Of a stretch of 64,000 nt of DNA, positions 29,701 through 44,700 are shown piece after piece; the first letter of the stretch is position 1, and every line of letters begins with the position of its first letter. The DNA comes from Eledone cirrhosa (lineage: Eukaryota). The DNA is taken from NCBI GenBank assembly GCA_964016885.1, contig OZ024741.1, positions 1,984,001 to 2,048,000 of the forward strand. The letters run 5' to 3'. Below the pieces are notes generated by a model. That model was given only the letters and a program-made list of their open reading frames with translations. It was not told the origin of the DNA and did no database searches. Both the position numbers and the translations under genes were made by a program.

Positions 29701-32700
29701 GAAGAGAGCGTTAGGACCCTTGATTGAGTTGTGGGGTCATCATAGTGACAGGAAGAGAGTCTTGGGTTCCTTGATTGAGTTGTGGGGTCATCATAGTGAC
29801 ATGAAGAGAGTCTTAGGACCCTTGATTCAGTTTTGGGCTCATCATAGTGAGAGGAAGAGCGGCTTAGGATCCTTAATTGAGTTGTGGGTTCCTCATACTG
29901 ACAGGAAGAGTCTTAGGACTCTTGATTGAGTTGTGGGCTCATCATAGTGACATGAAGAGAGTCTTAGGACCCTTGATTGAGTTGTGGGGTCATCATAGTG
30001 ACTTGAAACGAGTCTTAGGATGCTTGATTGAGTTGTGGGGTCATCATTGTGACAGGAAGAGAGTCTTGGGATCCTTGATTGAGTTGTGGGTTCATCATAG
30101 TGATATGAAGCGAGTCTTAGGACCCTTGATTGAGTTGTGGGGTCATCATAGTGACAGGAAGAGAGTCTTCGGATCCTTGATTGAGTTGTGGGGTCATCAT
30201 AGTGACATGAAGAGAGCCCTAGGACACTTGATTGAGTTGTGGGTTCATCACACTGACATGAAGAGTGTCTTAGGACCCTTGATTTAGTTGTGGGGTCATC
30301 ACACTGACATGAAGAGAGTCTTAGGACCCTTGATTGAGTTGTGGGGTCATCATAGTGAGAGGAAGCGAGTCTTAGGATCCTTGATTGAGTTGTGGGGTCA
30401 TCATAGTGACATGATGAGAGTCTTAGGACCTTTGATTGAGTTGTGGGGTCATCATAGTGACAGGAAGAGAGTCTTAGGATCCTTGATTGAGTTGTGGGGT
30501 CATCATAATGACAGGAAGGGAGTCTTAGGATCCTTGATTGAATTGTGGGGTCATCATAGTGACAGGAAGAGAGTCCTAGGATCCTTGATTGAGTTGTGGG
30601 TTAATGATAGTGACAGGAAGAGAGTCTTAGGACTCTTGATTGAGTTGTGGGGTCATCATAGTGACATGAAGCGAGTCTTAGGACCCTTGATTGAGTTGTG
30701 GGCTCATCATAGTGACAGGAAGAGAGTCTTAGGGTACTTGATTGAGTTTACGGGTCATCATAGTGACATGAAGAGAGTCTTAGGATCCTTGATTGTGTTG
30801 TGGGGTCATCATAGTGACATGAAGAGAGTGTTAGGACCCTTGATTGAGTTGTGGGGTCATCATAGTGACAGGAAGAGAGTCTTGGGTTCCTTGATTGAGT
30901 TGTGGGGTCATCATAGTGACATGAAGAGAGTCTTAGGACCCTTGATTCAGTTTTGGGCTCATCATAGTGAGAGGAAGAGCGGCTTAGGATCCTTAATTGA
31001 GTTGTGGGTTCCTCATACTGACAGGAAGAGTCTTAGGACTCTTGATTGAGTTGTGGGCTCATCATAGTGACATGAAGAGAGTCTTAGGACCCTTGATTGA
31101 GTTGTGGGGTCATCATAGTGACTTGAAACGAGTCTTAGGATGCTTGATTGAGTTGTGGGGTCATCATTGTGACAGGATTAGAGTATTGGGATCCTTGATT
31201 GAGTTGTGGGTTCATCATAGTGATATGAAGCGAGTCTTAGGACCCTTGATTCAGTTGTGGGGTCATCATAGTGACAGGAAGAGAGTCTTAGGATTCTTGA
31301 TTGAGTCGTGGGGTCATCATAGGGACTTGAAACGATTCTTAGGATGCTTGATTGAGTTGTCGGTTCATCATGACATGAAGAGAGTCTTGGGACACTTGAT
31401 TGAGTTGTGAGGTCATCATAGTGACTTGAAGCGAGTCTTAGGAGCCTTGATTGAGTTGTGTGGTCATCATAGTGACAGGAAGAGAGTCTTCGGATCCTTG
31501 ATTGAGTTGTGGGGTCATCATAGTGACATGAAGAGAGCCCTAGGACACTTGATTGAGTTGTAGGGACATCACACTAACATGAAGAGTGTCTTAGGACCCT
31601 TGATTTAGTTGTGGGGTCATCATAGGGATGTGAAGCTAGTCTTAGGACACTTGATTCAGTTGTGGGTCATCACACTGACATGAAGAGAGTCTTAGGACCC
31701 TTGATTGAGCTGTGGGGTCATCATAGTGACAGGAAGAGAGTCTTAGGATCCTTGATTTAGTTTACGAGTCATCATAGTGACATGAAGATAGTCTTAGGAC
31801 CCTTGATTCAGTTGTGGGCTCATCATAGTAAGAGGAAGAGCGGTTTAGGTTCCTTAATTGAGTTGTGGGTTCCTCATACTGACAGGAAGAGAGTCTTAGG
31901 ACTCTTGATTGAGTTGTGGGGTCATCATAGTGACATGAAGAGAGTCCTAAGACCCTTAATTGAATTGTGGGTTCATGATAGTGACAGGAAGAGAGCCTTA
32001 GGACTCTTGATTGAGTTGTGGGGTCATCATAGTGACATGAAGCGAGTCTTAGGACCCTTGATTGAGTTGTGGGCTCATCATAGTGACAGGAAGAGAGTCT
32101 TAGGATACTTGATTGAGTTTACGGGTCATCATAGTGACATGAAGAGAGTCTAAGGACCCTTGATTGAGTTGTGAGGTCATCATAGTGACTTGAAGCGAGT
32201 CTTAGGGCCCTTGATTGTGTTGTGGGGCCATCATAGTGACATGAAGAGAGCGTTAGGACCCTTGATTGAGTTGTGGGGTCATCATAGTGACATGAAGAGA
32301 GTCTTAGGACCCTTGATTCAGTTTTGGGCTCATCATAGTGAGAGGAAGAGCGGCTTAGGATCCTTAATTGAGTTGTGGGTTCTTCATACTGACAGGAAGA
32401 GCGTCTTAGGACTCTTGATTGAGTTGTGGGCTCATCATAGTGACATGAAGAGAGTCCTAGGACCCTTAATTGAAATGTGGGGTCATCATAGTGACTTGAA
32501 ACGAGTCTTAGGATGCTTGATTGAGTTGTGGGGTCATCATTGTGACAGGAAGAGAGTCTTGGGATCCTTGATTGAGTTGTGGGTTCATCATAGTGATATG
32601 AAGCGAGTCTTAGGACCCTTGATTGAGTTGTGGGGTCATCATAGTGACAGGAAGAGAGTCTTAGGATTCTTGATTGAGTTGTGGGGTCATCATAGGGACT

Positions 32701-35700
32701 TGAAATGAGTCTTAGGATGCTTGATTGAGTTGTCGGTTCATCATAATGACATGAAGAGAGTCTTAGGACACTCGATTGAGTTGTGAGGTCATCATAGTGA
32801 CTTGAAGCGAGTCTTAGGACCCTTGATTGAGTTGTGTGGTCATCATAGTGACAGGAAGAGAGTCTTCGGATCCTTGATTGAGTTGTGGGGTCATCATAGT
32901 GACATGAAGAGAGCCCTAGGACACTTGATTGAGTTGTAGGTTCATCACACTGACATGAAGAGTGTCTTAGGACCCTTGATTTAGTTGTGGGGTCATCACA
33001 CTGACATGAAGAGAGTCTTAGGACCCTTGATTGAGTTGTGGGCTCATCATAGTGAGAGGAAGAGAGTCTTAGGATCCTTGATTGAGTTGTGGGGTCATCA
33101 TAGTGACATGATGAGAGTCTTAGGACCTTTGATTGAGTTGTGGGGTCATCATAGTGACAGGAAGAGAGTCTTAGGATCCTTGATTGAGTTGTGGGGTCAT
33201 CATAATGACAGGAAGGGAGTCTTAGGATCCTTGATTGAAATGTGGGGTCATCATAGTGACAGGAAGAGAGTCCTAGGATCCTTGATTGAGTTGTGGGTTC
33301 ATGATAGTGACAGGAAGAGAGTCTTAGGACTCTTGATTGAGTTGTGGGGTCATCATAGTGACATGAAGCGAGTCTTAGGACCCTTGATTGAGTTGTGGGC
33401 TCATCATAGTGACAGGAAGAGAGTCTTAGGATACTTGATTGAGTTTACGGGTCATCATAGTGACATGAAGAGAGTCTTAGGATCCTCGATTGTGTTGTGG
33501 GGTCATCATAGTGACATGAAGAGAGTGTTAGGACCCTTGATTGAGTTGTGGGGTCATCATAGTGACAGGAAGAGAGTCTTGGGTTCCTTGATTGAGTTGT
33601 GGGGTCATCATAGTGACATGAAGAGAGTCTTAGGACCCTTGATTCAGTTTTGGGCTCATCATAGTGAGAGGAAGAGCGGCTTAGGATCCTTAATTGAGTT
33701 GTGGGTTCCTCATACTGACAGGAAGAGTATTAGGACTCTTGATTGAGTTGTGGGCTCATCATAGTGACATGAAGAGAGTCTTAGGACCCTTGATTGAGTT
33801 GTGGGGTCATGATAGTGACTTGAAACGAGTCTTAGGATGCTTGATTGAGTTGTGGGGTCATCATTGTGACAGGATTAGAGTATTGGGATCCTTGATTGAG
33901 TTGTGGGTTCATCATAGTGATATGAAGCGAGTCTTAGGACCCTTGATTCAGTTGTGGGGTCATCATAGTGACAGGAAGAGAGTCTTAGGATTCTTGATTG
34001 AGTCGTGGGGTCATCATAGGGACTTGAAACGATTCTTAGGATGCTTGATTGAGTTGTCGGTTCATCATGACATGAAGAGAGTCTTGGGACACTTGATTGA
34101 GTTGTGAGGTCATCATAGTGACTTGAAGCGAGTCTTAGGAGCCTTGATTGAGTTGTGTGGTCATCATAGTGACAGGAAGAGAGTCTTCGGATCCTTGATT
34201 GAGTTGTGGGGTCATCATAGTGACATGATGAGAGTCTTAGGACCTTTGATTGAGTTGTGGGGTCATCATAGTGACAGGAAGAGAGTCTTAGGATCCTTGA
34301 TTGAGTTGTGGGGTCATCATAATGACAGGAAGGGAGTCTTAGGATCCTTGATTGAATTGTGGGGTCATCATAGTGACAGGAAGAGAGTCCTAGGATCCTT
34401 GATTGAGTTGTGGGTTAATGATAGTGACAGGAAGAGAGTCTTAGGACTCTTGATTGAGTTGTGGGGTCATCATAGTGACATGAAGCGAGTCTTAGGACCC
34501 TTGATTGAGTTGTGGGCTCATCATAGTGACAGGAAGAGAGTCTTAGGGTACTTGATTGAGTTTACGGGTCATCATAGTGACATGAAGAGAGTCTTAGGAT
34601 CCTTGATTGTGTTGTGGGGTCATCATAGTGACATGAAGAGAGTGTTAGGACCCTTGATTGAGTTGTGGGGTCATCATAGTGACAGGAAGAGAGTCTTGGG
34701 TTCCTTGATTGAGTTGTGGGGTCATCATAGTGACATGAAGAGAGTCTTAGGACCCTTGATTCAGTTTTGGGCTCATCATAGTGAGAGGAAGAGCGGCTTA
34801 GGATCCTTAATTGAGTTGTGGGTTCCTCATACTGACAGGAAGAGTCTTAGGACTCATGATTGAGTTGTGGGCTCATCATAGTGACATGAAGAGAGTCTTA
34901 GGACCCTTGATTGAGTTGTGGGGTCATCATAGTGACTTGAAACGAGTCTTAGGATGCTTGATTGAGTTGTGGGGTCATCATTGTGACAGGATTAGAGTAT
35001 TGGGATCCTTGATTGAGTTGTGGGTTCATCATAGTGATATGAAGCGAGTCTTAGGACCCTTGATTCAGTTGTGGGGTCATCATAGTGACAGGAAGAGAGT
35101 CTTAGGATTCTTGATTGAGTCGTGGGGTCATCATAGGGACTTGAAACGATTCTTAGGATGCTTGATTGAGTTGTCGGTTCATCATGACATGAAGAGAGTC
35201 TTGGGACACTTGATTGAGTTGTGAGGTCATCATAGTGACTTGAAGCGAGTCTTAGGAGCCTTGATTGAGTTGTGTGGTCATCATAGTGACAGGAAGAGAG
35301 TCTTCGGATCCTTGATTGAGTTGTGGGGTCATCATAGTGACATGAAGAGAGCCCTAGGACACTTGATTGAGTTGTAGGGACATCACACTAACATGAAGAG
35401 TGTCTTAGGACCCTTGATTTAGTTGTGGGGTCATCATAGGGATGTGAAGCTAGTCTTAGGACACTTGATTCAGTTGTGGGTCATCACACTGACATGAAGA
35501 GAGTCTTAGGACCCTTGATTGAGCTGTGGGGTCATCATAGTGACAGGAAGAGAGTCTTAGGATCCTTGATTTAGTTTACGAGTCATCATAGTGACATGAA
35601 GATAGTCTTAGGACCCTTGATTCAGTTGTGGGCTCATCATAGTAAGAGGAAGAGCGGTTTAGGTTCCTTAATTGAGTTGTGGGTTCCTCATACTGACAGG

Positions 35701-38700
35701 AAGAGAGTCTTAGGACTCTTGATTGAGTTGTGGGGTCATCATAGTGACATGAAGAGAGTCCTAAGACCCTTAATTGAATTGTGGGGTCATCATAGTGACA
35801 GGAAGAGAGTCTTAGGACCCTTGATTGAGTTGTGGGGTCATCATAGTGACATGAAGAGAGTCCTAAGACCCTTAATTGAATTGTGGGATCATCATAGTGA
35901 CAGGAAGAGAGTCTTAGGACCCTTGATTGAGTTGTGGGTTCATGATAGTGACAGGAAGAGAGCCTTAGGACTCTTGATTGAGTTGTGGGGTCATCATAGT
36001 GACATGAAGCGAGTCTTAGGACCCTTGATTGAGTTGTGGGCTCATCATAGTGACAGGAAGAGAGTCTTAGGATACTTGATTGAGTTTACGGGTCATCATA
36101 GTGACATGAAGAGAGTCTAAGGACCCTTGATTGAGTTGTGAGGTCATCATAGTGACTTGAAGCGAGTCTTAGGGCCCTTGATTGTGTTGTGGGGCCATCA
36201 TAGTGACATGAAGAGAGCGTTAGGACCCTTGATTGAGTTGTGGGGTCATCATAGTGACATGAAGAGAGTCTTAGGACCCTTGATTCAGTTTTGGGCTCAT
36301 CATAGTGAGAGGAAGAGCGGCTTAGGATCCTTAATTGAGTTGTGGGTTCTTCATACTGACAGGAAGAGCGTCTTAGGACTCTTGATTGAGTTGTGGGCTC
36401 ATCATAGTGACATGAAGAGAGTCCTAGGACCCTTAATTGAAATGTGGGGTCATCATAGTGACTTGAAACGAGTCTTAGGATGCTTGATTGAGTTGTGGGG
36501 TCATCATTGTGACAGGAAGAGAGTCTTGGGATCCTTGATTGAGTTGTGGGTTCATCATAGTGATATGAAGCGAGTCTTAGGACCCTTGATTGAGTTGTGG
36601 GGTCATCATAGTGACAGGAAGAGAGTCTTAGGATTCTTGATTGAGTTGTGGGGTCATCATAGGGACTTGAAATGAGTCTTAGGATGCTTGATTGAGTTGT
36701 CGGTTCATCATAATGACATGAAGAGAGACTTAGGACACTCGATTGAGTTGTGAGGTCATCATAGTGACTTGAAGCGAGTCTTAGGACCCTTGATTGAGTT
36801 GTGTGGTCATCATAGTGACAGGAAGAGAGTCTTCGGATCCTTGATTGAGTTGTGGGGTCATCATAGTGACATGAAGAGAGCCCTAGGACACTTGATTGAG
36901 TTGTAGGTTCATCACACTGACATGAAGAGTGTCTTAGGACCCTTGATTTAGTTGTGGGGTCATCACACTGACATGAAGAGAGTCTTAGGACCCTTGATTG
37001 AGTTGTGGGCTCATCATAGTGAGAGGAAGAGAGTCTTAGGATCCTTGATTGAGTTGTGGGGTCATCATAGTGACATGATGAGAGTCTTAGGACCTTTGAT
37101 TGAGTTGTGGGGTCATCATAGTGACAGGAAGAGAGTCTTAGGATCCTTGATTGAGTTGTGGGGTCATCATAATGACAGGAAGGGAGTCTTAGGATCCTTG
37201 ATTGAAATGTGGGGTCATCATAGTGACAGGAAGAGAGTCCTAGGATCCTTGATTGAGTTGTGGGTTCATGATAGTGACAGGAAGAGAGTCTTAGGACTCT
37301 TGATTGAGTTGTGGGGTCATCATAGTGACATGAAGCGAGTCTTAGGACCCTTGATTGAGTTGTGGGCTCATCATAGTGACAGGAAGAGAGTCTTAGGATA
37401 CTTGATTGAGTTTACGGGTCATCATAGTGACATGAAGAGAGTCTTAGGATCCTCGATTGTGTTGTGGGGTCATCATAGTGACATGAAGAGAGTGTTAGGA
37501 CCCTTGATTGAGTTGTGGGGTCATCATAGTGACAGGAAGAGAGTCTTGGGTTCCTTGATTGAGTTGTGGGGTCATCATAGTGACATGAAGAGAGTCTTAG
37601 GACCCTTGATTCAGTTTTGGGCTCATCATAGTGAGAGGAAGAGCGGCTTAGGATCCTTAATTGAGTTGTGGGTTCCTCATACTGACAGGAAGAGTATTAG
37701 GACTCTTGATTGAGTTGTGGGCTCATCATAGTGACATGAAGAGAGTCTTAGGACCCTTGATTGAGTTGTGGGGTCATGATAGTGACTTGAAACGAGTCTT
37801 AGGATGCTTGATTGAGTTGTGGGGTCATCATTGTGACAGGATTAGAGTATTGGGATCCTTGATTGAGTTGTGGGTTCATCATAGTGATATGAAGCGAGTC
37901 TTAGGACCCTTGATTCAGTTGTGGGGTCATCATAGTGACAGGAAGAGAGTCTTAGGATTCTTGATTGAGTCGTGGGGTCATCATAGGGACTTGAAACGAT
38001 TCTTAGGATGCTTGATTGAGTTGTCGGTTCATCATGACATGAAGAGAGTCTTGGGACACTTGATTGAGTTGTGAGGTCATCATAGTGACTTGAAGCGAGT
38101 CTTAGGAGCCTTGATTGAGTTGTGTGGTCATCATAGTGACAGGAAGAGAGTCTTCGGATCCTTGATTGAGTTGTGGGGTCATCATAGTGACATGAAGAGA
38201 GCCCTAGGACACTTGATTGAGTTGTAGGGACATCACACTAACATGAAGAGTGTCTTAGGACCCTTGATTTAGTTGTGGGGTCATCATAGGGATGTGAAGC
38301 TAGTCTTAGGACACTTGATTCAGTTGTGGGTCATCACACTGACATGAAGAGAGTCTTAGGACCCTTGATTGAGCTGTGGGGTCATCATAGTGACAGGAAG
38401 AGAGTCTTAGGATCCTTGATTTAGTTTACGAGTCATCATAGTGACATGAAGATAGTCTTAGGACCCTTGATTCAGTTGTGGGCTCATCATAGTAAGAGGA
38501 AGAGCGGTTTAGGATCCTTAATTGAGTTGTGGGTTCCTCATACTGACAGGAAGAGAGTCTTAGGACTCTTGATTGAGTTGTGGGGTCATCATAGTGACAT
38601 GAAGAGAGTCCTAAGACCCTTAATTGAATTGTGGGGTCATCATAGTGACAGGAAGAGAGTCTTAGGACCCTTGATTGAGTTGTGGGGTCATCATAGTGAC

Positions 38701-41700
38701 ATGAAGAGAGTCCTAAGACCCTTAATTGAATTGTGGGGTCATCATAGTGACAGGAAGAAAGTCTTAGGACCCTTGATTGAGTTGTGGGTTCATCATAGTG
38801 ATATGAAGCGAGTCTTAGGACCCTTGATTGAGTTGTGGGGGTCATCATAGTGACAGGAAGAGAGTCTTAGGATTCTTGATTGAGTTGTGGGGTCATCATA
38901 GGGACTTGAAACGAGCCTTAGGATGCTTGATTGAGTTGTCGGTTCATCATAATGACATGAAGAGAGTCTTAGGACACCTGATGGAGTTGTGAGGTTATCA
39001 TAGTGACTTGAAGCGAGTCTTAGGACCCTTGATTGAGTTGTGTGGTCATCATAGCGACAGGAAGAGAGTCTTCGGATCCTTGATTGAGTTGTGGGGTCAT
39101 CATAGTGACATGAAGAGAGCCCTAGGACACTTGATTGAGTTGTGGGTTCATCACACTGACATGAAGAGTGTCTTAGGACCCTTGATTTAGTTGTGGGGTC
39201 ATCATAGTGACGTGAAGCTAGTCTTAGGACCCTTGATTGAGTTGTGGGGTCATCACACTGACATGAAGAGAGTCTTAGGACCCTTGATTGAGTTGTGGGG
39301 TCATCATAGTGACAGGAAGTGAGTCTTAGGATACTTGATTGAGTTGTGGGGTCATCATAGTGACATGATGAGAGTCTTAGGACCTTTGATTGAGTTGTGG
39401 GGTCATCATAGTGACAGGAAGAGAGTCTTAGGATCCTTGATTGAGTTGTGGGGTCATCATAATGACAGGAAGGGAGTCTTAGGATCCTTGATTGAATTAT
39501 GGGGTCATCATAGTGACAGGAAGAGAGTCCTAGGATCCTTGATTGAGTTGTGGGTTCATGATAGTGACAGGAAGAGAGTCTTAGGACTCTTGATTGAGTT
39601 GTGGGGTCATCATAGTGACATGAAGCGAGTCTTAGGACCCTTGATTGAGTTGTGGGCTCATCATAGTGACAGGAAGAGAGTCTTAGGATACTTGATTGAG
39701 TTTACGGGTCATCATAGTGACATGAAGAGAGTCTTAGGATCCTTGATTGTGTTGTGGGGTCATCATAGTGACATGAAGAGAGTGTTAGGACCCTTGATTG
39801 AGTTGTGGGGTCATCATAGTGACAGGAAGAGAGTCTTGGGTTCCTTGATTGAGTTGTGGGGTCATCATAGTGACATGAAGAGAGTCTTAGGACCCTTGAT
39901 TCAGTTTTGGGCTCATCATAGTGAGAGGAAGAGCGGCTTAGGATCCTTAATTGAGTTGTGGGTTCCTCATACTGACAGGAAGAGTCTTAGGACTCTTGAT
40001 TGAGTTGTGGGCTCATCATAGTGACATGAAGAGAGCCCTAGGACACTTGATTGAGTTGTGGGTTCATCACACTGACATGAAGAGTGTCTTAGGACCCTTG
40101 ATTTAGTTGTGGGGTCATCATAGTGACGTAAAACTAGTCTTAGGACCCTTGATTGAGTTGTGGGGTCATCACACTGACATGAAGAGAGTCTTAGGACCCT
40201 TGATTGAGTTGTGGGGTCATCATAGTGACAGGAAGTGAGTCTTAGGATACTTGATTGAGTTGTGGGGTCATCATAGTGACATGATGAGAGTCTTAGGACC
40301 TTTGATTGAGTTGTGGGGTCATCATAGTGACAGGAAGAGAGTCTTAGGATCCTTGATTGAGTTGTGGGGTCATCATAATGACAGGAAGGGAGTCTTAGGA
40401 TCCTTGATTGAATTATGGGGTCATCATAGTGACAGGAAGAGAGTCCTAGGATCCTTGATTGAGTTGTGGGTTCATGATAGTGACAGGAAGAGAGCCTTAG
40501 GACTCTTGATTGAGTTGTGGGGTCATCATAGTGACATGAAGCGAGTCTTAGGATCCTTGATTGAGTTGTGGGCTCATCATAGTGACAGGAAGAGAGTCTT
40601 AGGTTACTTGATTGAGTTTACGGGTCATCATAGTGACATGAAGAGAGTCCTAGGACCCTTAATTGAAATGTGGGGTCATCATAGTGACAGGAAGAGAGTC
40701 TTAGGACCCTTGATTGAGTTGTGGGGTCATCATAGTGACTTGAAACGAGTCTTAGGATGCTTGATTGAGTTGTGGGGTCATCATTGTGACAGGAAGAGAG
40801 TCTTGGGATCCTTGATTGAGTTGTGGGTTCATCATAGTGATATGAAGCGAGTCTTAGGACCCTTGATTGAGTTGTGGGGTCATCATAGTGACAGGAAGAG
40901 AGTCTTAGGATTCTTGATTGAGTTGTGGGGTCATCATAGGGACTTGAAACGAGTCTTAGGATGCTTGATTGAGTTGTCGGTTCATCATAATGACATGAAG
41001 AGAGACTTAGGACACTCGATTGAGTTGTGAGGTCATCATAGTGACTTGAAGCGAGTCTTAGGACCCTTGATTGAGTTGTGTGGTCATCATAGTGACAGGA
41101 AGAGAGTCTTCGGATCCTTGATTGAGTTGTGGGGTCATCATAGTGACATGAAGACAGCCCTAGGACACTTAATTGAGTTGTGGGTTCATCACACTGACAT
41201 GAAGAGTGTCTTAGGACCCTTGATTTAGTTGTGGGGTCATCACACTGACATGAAGAGAGTCTTAGGACCCTTGATTGAGTTGTGGGGTCATCATAGTGAG
41301 AGGAAGCGAGTCTTAGGATCCTTGATTGAGTTGTGGGGTCATCATAGTGACATGATGAGAGTCTTAGGACCTTTGATTGAGTTGTGGGGTCATCATAGTG
41401 ACAGGAAGAGAGTCTTAGGATCCTTGATTGAGTTGTGGGGTCATCATAATGACAGGAAGGGAGTCTTAGGATCCTTGATTGAATTGTGGGGTCATCATAG
41501 TGACAGGAAGAGAGTCCTAGGATCCTTGATTGAGTTGTGGGTTCATGATAGTGACAGGAAGAGAGTCTTAGGACTCTTGATTGAGTTGTGGGGTCATCAT
41601 AGTGACATGAAGCTAGTCTTAGGATACTTGATTGAGTTTACGGGTCATCATAGTGACATGAAGAGAGTCTTAGGATCCTTGATTGTGTTGTGGTGTCATC

Positions 41701-44700
41701 ATAGTGACATGAAGAGAGTGTTAGGATCCTTGATTGAGTTGTGGGGTCATCATAGTGACAGGATGAGAGTCTTGGGTTCCTTGATTGAGTTGTGGGTTCA
41801 TCATAGTGACATGAAGAGAGTCTTAGGACCCTTGATTCAGTTTTGGGCTCATCATAGTGAGAGGAAGAGCGGCTTAGGATCCTTAATTGAGTTGTGGGTT
41901 CCTCATACTGACAGGAAGAGTCTTAGGACTCTTGATTGAGTTGTGGGCTCATTATAGTGACATGAAGAGAGTCTTAGGACCCTTGATTGAGTTGTGGGGT
42001 AATCATAGTGACTTGAAACGAGTCTTAGGATGCTTGATTGAGTTGTGGGGTCATCATTGTGGCAGGATAAGTGTATTGGGATCCTTGATTGAGTTGTGGG
42101 TTCATCATAGTGATATGAAGCGAGTCTTAGGACCCTTGATTGAGTTGTGGGGTCATCATAGTGACAGGTAGAGAGTCTTAGGATTCTTGATTGAGTCGTG
42201 GGGTCATCATAGAGACTTGAAACGATTCTTAGGATGCTTGATTGAGTTGTCGGTTCATCATGACATGAAGAGAGTCTTGGGACACTTGATTGATTTGTGA
42301 GGTCATCATAGTGACTTGAAGCGAGTCTTAGGAGCCTTGATTGAGTTGTGTGGTCATCATAGTGACAGGAAGAGAGTCTTCGGATCCTTGATTGAGTTGT
42401 GGGGTCATCATAGTGACATGAAGAGAGCCCTAGGACACTTGATTGAGTTGTAGGGACATCACACTAACATGAAGAGTGTCTTAGGACCCTTGATTTAGTT
42501 GTGGGGTCATCATAGGGATGTGAAGCTAGTCTTAGGACACTTGATTCAGTTGTGGGTCATCACACTGACATGAAGAGAGTCTTAGGACCCTTGATTGAGC
42601 TGTGGGGTCATCATAGTGACAGGAAGAGAGTCTTAGGATCCTTGATTTAGTTTACGAGTCATCATAGTGACATGAAGATAGTCTTAGGACCCTTGATTCA
42701 GTTGTGGGCTCATCATAGTAAGAGGAAGAGCGGTTTAGGATCCTTAATTGAGTTGTGGGTTCCTCATACTGACAGGAAGAGAGTCTTAGGACTCTTGATT
42801 GAGTTGTGGGGTCATCATAGTGACATGAAGAGAGTCCTAAGACCCTTAATTGAATTGTGGGGTCATCATAGTGACAGGAAGAGAGTCTTAGGACCCTTGA
42901 TTGAGTTGTGGGGTCATCATAGTGACATGAAGAGAGTCCTAAGACCCTTAATTGAATTGTGGGGTCATCATAGTGACAGGAAGAAAGTCTTAGGACCCTT
43001 GATTGAGTTGTGGGTTCATCATAGTGATATGAAGCGAGTCTTAGGACCCTTGATTGAGTTGTGGGGGTCATCATAGTGACAGGAAGAGAGTCTTAGGATT
43101 CTTGATTGAGTTGTGGGGTCATCATAGGGACTTGAAACGAGCCTTAGGATGCTTGATTGAGTTGTCGGTTCATCATAATGACATGAAGAGAGTCTTAGGA
43201 CACCTGATGGAGTTGTGAGGTTATCATAGTGACTTGAAGCGAGTCTTAGGACCCTTGATTGAGTTGTGTGGTCATCATAGCGACAGGAAGAGAGTCTTCG
43301 GATCCTTGATTGAGTTGTGGGGTCATCATAGTGACATGAAGAGAGCCCTAGGACACTTGATTGAGTTGTGGGTTCATCACACTGACATGAAGAGTGTCTT
43401 AGGACCCTTGATTTAGTTGTGGGGTCATCATAGTGACGTGAAGCTAGTCTTAGGACCCTTGATTGAGTTGTGGGGTCATCACACTGACATGAAGAGAGTC
43501 TTAGGACCCTTGATTGAGTTGTGGGGTCATCATAGTGACAGGAAGTGAGTCTTAGGATACTTGATTGAGTTGTGGGGTCATCATAGTGACATGATGAGAG
43601 TCTTAGGACCTTTGATTGAGTTGTGGGGTCATCATAGTGACAGGAAGAGAGTCTTAGGATCCTTGATTGAGTTGTGGGGTCATCATAATGACAGGAAGGG
43701 AGTCTTAGGATCCTTGATTGAATTATGGGGTCATCATAGTGACAGGAAGAGAGTCCTAGGATCCTTGATTGAGTTGTGGGTTCATGATAGTGACAGGAAG
43801 AGAGTCTTAGGACTCTTGATTGAGTTGTGGGGTCATCATAGTGACATGAAGCGAGTCTTAGGACCCTTGATTGAGTTGTGGGCTCATCATAGTGACAGGA
43901 AGAGAGTCTTAGGATACTTGATTGAGTTTACGGGTCATCATAGTGACATGAAGAGAGTCTTAGGATCCTTGATTGTGTTGTGGGGTCATCATAGTGACAT
44001 GAAGAGAGTGTTAGGACCCTTGATTGAGTTGTGGGGTCATCATAGTGACAGGAAGAGAGTCTTGGGTTCCTTGATTGAGTTGTGGGGTCATCATAGTGAC
44101 ATGAAGAGAGTCTTAGGACCCTTGATTCAGTTTTGGGCTCATCATAGTGAGAGGAAGAGCGGCTTAGGATCCTTAATTGAGTTGTGGGTTCCTCATACTG
44201 ACAGGAAGAGTCTTAGGACTCTTGATTGAGTTGTGGGCTCATCATAGTGACATGAAGAGAGCCCTAGGACACTTGATTGAGTTGTGGGTTCATCACACTG
44301 ACATGAAGAGTGTCTTAGGACCCTTGATTTAGTTGTGGGGTCATCATAGTGACGTAAAACTAGTCTTAGGACCCTTGATTGAGTTGTGGGGTCATCACAC
44401 TGACATGAAGAGAGTCTTAGGACCCTTGATTGAGTTGTGGGGTCATCATAGTGACAGGAAGTGAGTCTTAGGATACTTGATTGAGTTGTGGGGTCATCAT
44501 AGTGACATGATGAGAGTCTTAGGACCTTTGATTGAGTTGTGGGGTCATCATAGTGACAGGAAGAGAGTCTTAGGATCCTTGATTGAGTTGTGGGGTCATC
44601 ATAATGACAGGAAGGGAGTCTTAGGATCCTTGATTGAATTATGGGGTCATCATAGTGACAGGAAGAGAGTCCTAGGATCCTTGATTGAGTTGTGGGTTCA